Shown here piece by piece: positions 55,482-64,000 of a DNA stretch of 64,000 nt; within the stretch, counting starts at the first letter, position 1, and each line of letters begins with the position of its first letter. The notes beneath the pieces were generated by a model. It was not told the origin of the DNA, did no database searches, and was given only the letters and a program-made list of their open reading frames with translations. Origin of the DNA: Eledone cirrhosa. Lineage: Eukaryota. A program made the position numbers and the translations under genes. Location: the NCBI GenBank assembly GCA_964016885.1, contig OZ024764.1:14942001-15006000 (forward strand), given 5' to 3'.

Positions 55482-55804
55482 AGTTTACTCAGCTGTAGAA
55501 ATGAGATGATAGGACTGGGGTCCCTATCATTCCACTGCAAAGTGGTCGTGGCGGTGCTATGGCAAAAAAGCACCCAGCCCACACTGTAAAGTGGACGTGT
55601 AGGTGCCACGGCAAAAAAGCACCCAGCCCACACTGTAAATGAGGTTGGTGTTGGGAAGGGCATCCAGCTGTAGAAATCAAGCCAGAATCAATTCCCGTAT
55701 GAGCAAGACAAGGTCAGCCGACCGGACACTGCCCACAACAGGACAACCCATCTAACCCATGCTAGCGTGGAAGAACGGACGTAAAATGGTGATGATGATG
55801 ATGA
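55482..55804 (+). mobile_element. SINE with RTE subfamily B 3' tail
   Basis: agtttactcagctgtagaaatgag body joined to the same UTR as 37657-37924. Confidence 0.78.
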
Positions 55805-55895
55805 TATATATATATATGGTGATGATATGTATGTATAGGTGAATGTGTAGATATATACAGCCTGGGTTTGTGACCAACAGATAGTATTAGCAATT

Positions 55896-55931
<36 letters not shown>

Positions 55932-56016
55932 CACTGTAACGACTAATACTAAGGCATGTTATACGATATTAATGAAAAGATACAATTAACTTTGGACACA
56001 ATCATTCTTCCCGGCG

Positions 56017-56059
<43 letters not shown>

Positions 56060-56599
56060 ATATAAATAGATATAGATATATATTTATATATATATACACA
56101 CACACATACATACGCACACACATATATATACACATAAATATTAAATATATATGTATATATATACACATATACACATACATACATATATATATATACACAT
56201 ATATACACATACATACATATATATATATGTACATATATACACATACATACATATATATATATATACATATATACACATACATACATATATATATATATAC
56301 ATATATACACATACATACATATATATATATATACACATACATACATATATATATACATATACATACATATATACATATACATACATATATATATATATAT
56401 ATATACATACATACATATACATATATACATACACACATATACATATATACATACACATATATATATATATATATATACATACACACACATATATATGTAT
56501 ATATATACATATATATACATATATACATACACATATATAAATACACACACACATATATATATATATATACATACACACACATATATATACATATATATA

Positions 56600-58288
56600 C
56601 GCTCTTTTCATAGTACGACAACTACAGGAGAAGTACCTAGCTAAAGGTAAACCCCTCTACTTAGCTTTTGTCGACTTGGAGAAAGCCTTCGACAGAGTCC
56701 CCCGCTCCATTATCTGGTGGGCTCTTAGAAAACTAGGCGTTGACGAATGGCTTGTGAGGGCTATACAAGCCATGTATAAAGAAACAGTCAGCAAGGTTAG
56801 AATTAACAACGAATATAGTGAAGAGTTTAGCGTAAAAGTTGGCGTCCATCAGGGCTCTGTTCTCAGCCCACTACTATTTATTATGCCCTTCAGGCTATAA
56901 CAGAGGAGTTCAAGACAGGCTGCCCATGGGAACTCCTATACGCAGACGACCTGACACTCATAGCGGAATCAATGGCCGAGCTAGAGAAGAAATTCCAAAC
57001 ATGGAAGCACGGCCTAGAGTCAAAAGGACTTAAAATTAACCTGGCTAAGACCAAAGTACTAGTTTGTAGGAAAGAAAACAAGGCGGCGGTCCCTTCTGGG
57101 AAATGGTCGTGCTCGGTGTGTAGGAAAGGCGTAGGTAGAAACTCCATTTTATGTCCTAAATGCAAAGTATGGGTGCATAAAAGATGTAGTGGGATCACAG
57201 GTAAGCTAACTAAGAACATAGATTTTACATGTGGCCGGTGCTCTGGTGCAATAAGTAGCAGCAAGTGCCCACTAAATACTAGCTCTTTCAATTGCGCAGA
57301 GGGTTCTATAGAAATAGTGGACAGCTTCCGTTACCTGGGCGATAAAATCAGCAGTGGGGGAGGGTGCTCTGAAAGTACTGTAGCTAGAGTCAGAACTGGT
57401 TGGAAAAAGTTCAGAGAGCTTATACCACTATTAGCTGCTAAAGGGTTCTCACTAAAAATGAAAGGCAGGTTGTACGATGCCTGCATACGAACAGCAATGC
57501 TGCATGGCAGTGAGACCTGGGCATTGTGTGCAGAGGATATACGCAGACTAGAGAGGAACGAAGCTTGCATGCTCCGCTGGATGTGTAACAGTAATATACG
57601 TGAACGGCAAAGCATAAACGAACTAAGGAAAAAATTAGAGATAAGAGGGATCAGATGTTGTTTACTCGAGAGAAGGCTACGTTGGTATGGACACGTGATG
57701 CGCATGAAAGTCGATAGCTGTATAACAAAGTGCAGGGCAATAAAGATAGACGGTAGTCACGGAATAGGCAGACCTAGAAAAACCTGGGACGAGCTGATAA
57801 ACTCCGACATCACACACTTACACCTCTCCAAGACAATGTCACTGGACCGAGACCTTTGGCGGTACTCAGTAACAGAGAAGACCCGCCTTACCTAAATATA
57901 TAGTAAAACCTACTCCAGCCAGTAGGCATCTCTAACAAAATACACCCCGTCCCACCACCACCACCCGATCCACACCACCCCGTTCTATGTAAAGTTATGT
58001 TGGTGCCGCGCCATCGAGGCCGAAACAAATGAGATTGTGTAGGTGTCACGACAAAAAAACACACAGTCCACGCTGTAATGTGGCCGTGTAGGCAACACGG
58101 TAAAAACCTCCCAGACCCACACTGTAAATGTGGTTGGTGTTAGGAAGGGCATCCAACTGTAGAAAACCTGCCAGACAGTCCTATGCGAGCAAGACAATCA
58201 CTCTTGCCTCAAGTGGGACTACCCCCGTCCAAACCCATGCAAGCGTGGAACACGGACGTTAAACGTTGATGATGATGATGATGATGAT
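56600..58288 (+). mobile_element. RTE LINE subfamily A, 5'-truncated, frameshift at ~56884
   Basis: ORFs 56676-56900 and 56972-57895; (GAT)n tail. Confidence 0.93.
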
Positions 58289-58529
58289 ATACATACACAT
58301 ATATATATATACACACACACATATATATATATGTCTCTACTTTAGGCACAAGGCCAGCAATTACCCAGTGCATTACTGGTACTTTATTTATATACTTTAT
58401 ATATATATATAATGCGTCGAAATATCAACGATAATCAGCAGACTACTGATGAGGACATTTTTCTCTTGGTCTATTTTTATTCATATGTTCATGTCCGCAA
58501 CAATAAAGCACGCCATTCTTCATTCATGA

Positions 58530-58600
<71 letters not shown>

Positions 58601-58680
58601 GTATATGTATATATATATATATGTATATGTATATATGTATATATATATGTATATATGTATATATATATATGTATATATAC

Positions 58681-58817
<137 letters not shown>

Positions 58818-59008
58818 TACATATATATATATACATATATATACATATATATACATATATATATATATACATACATATATATATATATACATATATATAC
58901 ATATATATATATATACATATATATACATATATATATATACATATATATACATATATATATACATATATATATATACATATATACATATATATATATACAT
59001 ATATATAT

Positions 59009-59052
<44 letters not shown>

Positions 59053-59512
59053 TCATATATATATTAAAGTCTGCTCATCTTTACAATTATGAGCCACAAC
59101 AACAACAACAACAACAACAACAGCAACATCAAAACAAAACACACCAAAAATACACATCTTTTCAATACAATCTTTAATAATGTTCATCCATTTTTTTTTT
59201 CTTTTCCTTTCAATGTAGCCTCAAAAAAGAAAATGGAACGCTTCTGTGTTTTTATGTTTATACTTGTTGTGGTTGTTGTTGGTGTTGCTAGTGTTGTTGT
59301 TGTTGGTGTGGTTGTTGGTGTTGCTAGTGTTGTTGTTGTTGGTGTGGTTGTTGGTGTTGTTGTGGTTGTTGTTGCTGTTGTTGTTGTTTTTATAATGTCA
59401 TTCTGATGTCAGCCATGTTTTTATTGTCTGCAATTTGTAAAAACATTTTTTTGGGTTTCAGCTTATAATGATGTACTTGTATGGGTGTGTGTATGTGTAA
59501 ATATATATATAA

Positions 59513-59592
<80 letters not shown>

Positions 59593-59737
59593 CATACATG
59601 TATAAATATACATGTATACATATATATATACATACATGTATATATATACATGTATACATATATATATACATACATGTATATATATACATGTATACATATA
59701 TATATACATACATGTATATATATATATACATGTATAC

Positions 59738-59769
<32 letters not shown>

Positions 59770-59893
59770 TATACATATATACATACATACATGTATACAT
59801 ATATGTATATATATATATATATATATACAATATATATATACATATATACATACATACATGTATACATATATGTATATATATATATATACATGT

Positions 59894-59930
<37 letters not shown>

Positions 59931-60019
59931 CATGTATAGATATATATAATATATATATATATATATATACATACATACATATATATAATATATATATATA
60001 TATATACATACATGTATAC

Positions 60020-60091
<72 letters not shown>

Positions 60092-60129
60092 CATGTATAC
60101 ATATATATATATATATATATACATACATG

Positions 60130-60160
<31 letters not shown>

Positions 60161-60168
60161 ATACATGT

Positions 60169-60240
<72 letters not shown>

Positions 60241-60384
60241 ACATACATGTATACACATATATATATACATACATATATACATATATATATATATACATAC
60301 ATGTATACACATATATATATACATACATATATACATATATATATATATACATACATGTATACACATATACATATACATACATGT

Positions 60385-60419
<35 letters not shown>

Positions 60420-60489
60420 CATGTATACATATATACATACACATATATATATATATATACACATATACATAAATATATATACATAAAAT

Positions 60490-60858
60490 ACAATATGTTG
60501 AAAAGGTAACACACCAGAGAGAGATATACAGTGCGCTATCAATAAAACAGGTAAAACCCACCACTGTATGGAATCTATAACCTATGAAAGGCAGACTATG
60601 GACATGATACTTAAAAATATAAATTAAAGCGTAAATAAATACCTCTATAACTATATAACACACATACAAATCCAAAGATATGTTTCACCAGTAATTTGTT
60701 GACAGAAATGGAATAACCTTGGTTCATCAGCATGTGTAAGGCTATACATTTCAGACAACATATAGGTTATAGATTCCATACACTGGTGGTTTTTTCCCTG
60801 TTTTATTGATGGCACACTGTATATCTCTCTCTGGTGTGTTACCTTTTCAACATATTGT
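60490..60858. repeat. Fold-back inverted repeat (~95-bp arms) with a degenerate hammerhead motif in the spacer
   Basis: acaatatgttgaaaaggtaacacaccagagagag.. and ..ctctctctggtgtgttaccttttcaacatattgt; minus-strand CTGATGA acca..tggt GAAA at 60677-60733. Confidence 0.85.
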
Positions 60859-60951
60859 GTTTAAAGAGCTCAGAATTTCTTCTCCTTTGAGCACATTATT
60901 TACAGGGAATTGCGAGGGTCTATGGCTCCGTTAATTTATCGTGATATATAT

Positions 60952-61146
60952 ATCATCATCATCATCATCATCATCGTTTAACGTCCATCTTCCACGCTTG
61001 CATGGGTTTGGACGGGAGTTTTCCCACTTGAGGCAAGACTGGTTGTCTTGCTCGCATAGGACTGTCTGGCGGGTTTTCTACGGCTGGATGCCCTTCCTAA
61101 CACCAACCACGTTTACAGTGTGGACTGGGAGGTTTTTACCGTGTTA
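60952..61146 (-). mobile_element. RTE subfamily A 3'-UTR fragment
   Basis: Matches 10626-10848. Confidence 0.85.
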
Positions 61147-61980
61147 CATACACGCATATATATATATACACATATATATACACATACATATATATATATA
61201 TACACATACATATATATATATACACATATATATACACACACATATATATATATACACATATATATACACATATATATATATACACATATATATACACATA
61301 CATATATATATATATATACAGATATATATATATACAGATATATATATATATATATACATATCATCATCATCATCATATACATATATATATATATACACAT
61401 ATACATATATTTATATATACACATATACATATATATATATATACACATATACATATATATATATATACACATATACATATATATATATACACATATACAT
61501 ATATATATATATACACATATACATATATATATATACACATATACATATATATATATACACATATACACATATATATATATACACATATACATATATATAT
61601 ATACACATATACATATATATATACACATATACATAAATATACCTATATATATATATATATATATATACAATTTTTTTTCTTGGCAGATGATAAATATCTA
61701 ATAGATATACACTTTTAGAACTTAATTGAAGTCTTCTGTTGTCATTCCGAATAGATCTGAAACAACCGTCTGCACTTAACTGCTACTTGTACATAATAAT
61801 GAGGGTGCCCCCAGGTAATCTCAGTTTTGCAATATCTTCCCATTCACAGCTTGGATTCGTTTTTAATAAGCATACCAGTGTGCCAGTGACATCAAGAATT
61901 ACTCCTGGGTTGTTTTGTCGTATATGTCAGAATTAATGTATAGTTTGTGTGGATTACTGATACAGGAAAGGATGATACAG

Positions 61981-63250
61981 ACAGACATGTGGTTAGAATG
62001 TCTCAGGAAAGAATCTCTGAATTGAGAGATCACAGCTCTGATACTACAGACATGTGGTTAAAATGTCTCAGGAAAGAATCTCTGGATTGAGAGATCACAG
62101 CTCTGATACTACAGACATGTGGTTAAAATGTCTCAGGAAAGAATCTCTGAATGGAGAGATCACAGCTCTGATACTACAGACATGTGGTTAGAATGTCTCA
62201 GGAAAGAATCTCTGGATTGAGAGATCACAGCTCTGATACTACAGACATGTGGTTAGAATGTCTCAGGAAAGAATCTCTGAACTGAGAGATTGCAGCTCTG
62301 ATACTACAGACATGTGGTTAGAATGTCTCAGGAAAGAATCTCTGAATTGAGAGATCACAGCTCTGATACTACAGACATGTGGTTAGAATGTCTCAGGAAA
62401 GAATCTCTGAATTGAGAGATCACAGCTCTGATACTACAGACATGTGGTTAGAATGTCTCAGGAAAGAATCTCTGGATTGAGAGATCACAGCTCTGATACT
62501 ACAGACATGTGGTTAGAATGTCTTAGGAAAGAATCTCTGAATTGCGAGATCACAGCTCTGATACTACAGACATGTGGTTAGAATGTCTCAGGAAAGAATC
62601 TCTGGATTGAGAGATCACAGCTCTGATACTACAGACATGTGGTTAGAATGTCTCAGGAAAGAATCTCTAGATTGAGAGATCACAGCTCTGATACTACAGA
62701 CATGTGGTTAGAATGTCTCAGGAAAGAATCTCTGAACTGAGAGATTGCAGCTCTGATACTACAGACATGTGGTTAGAATGTCTCAGGAAAGAATCTCTGA
62801 ATTGAGAGATCACAGCTCTGATACTACAGACATGTGGTTAGAATGTCTCAGGAAAGAATCTCTGAATTGAGAGATCACAGCTCTGATACTACAGACATGT
62901 GGTTAGAATGTCTCAGGAAAGAATCTCTGAATTGAGAGATCACAGCTCTGATACTACAGACATGTGGTTAAAATGTCTCAGGAAAGAATCTCTGAATTGA
63001 GAGATCACAGCTCTGATACTACAGACATGTGGTTAGAATGTCTCAGGAAAGAATCTCTGAATTGAGAGATCACAGCTCTGATACTACAGACATGTGGTTA
63101 GAATGTCTCAGGAAAGAATCTCTGAATTGAGAGATCACAGCTCTGATACTACAGACATGTGGTTAGAATGTCTCAGGAGAGAATCTCTGGATTGAGAGAT
63201 CACAGCTCTGATACTACAGACATGTGGTTAGAATGTCGCAGGAAAGAATT
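61981..63250. repeat. 65-bp minisatellite (~19 copies)
   Basis: Unit acagacatgtggttagaatgtctcaggaaagaatctctgaattgagagatcacagctctgatact. Confidence 0.95.
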
Positions 63251-63681
63251 CTGGAGAGATTTAATAAGGAAATGTCCTAATGGCAACAAAGCAACCATTG
63301 TGAAACAGAAGGGGTCTGGTAAACACCATTATTTAACATTCCGGTCTCTCGTCTGCACTGTAGATAGTACAGCACGTGTTAGTGCTAGATGATGTGGTCC
63401 ACAAGGAGACGAATATACTCCTCAAAAGTCTAACAAAAGTTTAAATGCAGGAATTAATGAGGAACACACAGTAATATATATATATATATTTATTATATAT
63501 ATATATATATATTATATATATATATATATATAAGGATTAAAATACTGGAGCGTGTTGAGTTAAACACCCTCTTCGTATTATAGAAATGACAGTAAAAGGT
63601 ATAGCTCAATGCAGTTAAACAGAGCCAAAAAATTAAGAGAGTAAAACAAAGAAGCCTTTAATACATCAATAGTTTTTATTA

Positions 63682-63719
63682 GCCGACAATGTTTCGTCCT
63701 ATTAAGGACTCATCAGGGC
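63682..63719 (-). ncRNA. Canonical minimal hammerhead ribozyme (Penelope type)
   Basis: gcc CTGATGA gtcct taat aggac GAAA cattg TC ggc, followed by AATAAA. Confidence 0.75.
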
Positions 63720-64000
63720 AATTAAAACAACAAGAAGTAATATCGGCAGATACAAGCCGGAAGCTCCGAAGAATATGGAGTGTACATACACTAAAGTCTT
63801 GCAAAAATATATAATAAAAATAAAAATAATAAAAATATATAATAAGAATAACTAAGGATGTATATAACATTAAGAACCATATTACAAATATAGTCCAAAG
63901 CAAATAACCTAAAGCTAAACAAAGGTGGTTATATAGAGCAGGAATTATATATAACCCAATGTAATATAATATAATTGTTTCTACTTTAGGCACAAGGCCA

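Noticed and set aside
61690-61960. Possible exon in unique sequence
   Set aside because: Acceptor-like sites on both strands lead quickly to stop codons; no recognisable product

Overview
Repeat-dense eukaryotic animal DNA, most likely from an octopod cephalopod. That assignment is an inference from the RTE LINEs with (GAT)n tails, the SINE motifs and the massive (TA)/(CA)/(TG) microsatellites. Almost all long ORFs in the ORF track are microsatellite or minisatellite artefacts. Reading splice signals directly reveals two co-oriented (+), intron-rich genes for secreted Pro-rich low-complexity proteins: gene A (158 aa, Pro/Tyr/Met/His-rich, CDS 22492-24610) and gene B (300 aa, Pro/Gln/Phe-rich, CDS 45429-52609). 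They share an apparently conserved blueprint: a TATA box with TTGGTAGT at identical spacing, a non-coding exon 1, a 40-nt coding signal-peptide exon, phase-1 micro-exons, one large low-complexity exon and a 3'-UTR exon. The rest of the window is mobile DNA: 5'-truncated RTE LINEs carrying a PHD-type finger, one CR1, Tx1-like remnants, tRNA-derived SINEs, TTAA/piggyBac-type MITEs carrying a 60/70-bp minisatellite, minisatellites built from SINE parts, and many Penelope-like fold-back palindromes containing hammerhead-ribozyme motifs. There is a 200-N assembly gap at 35684-35883. No database searches were run, so family names are by motif recognition only and repeat boundaries are approximate.
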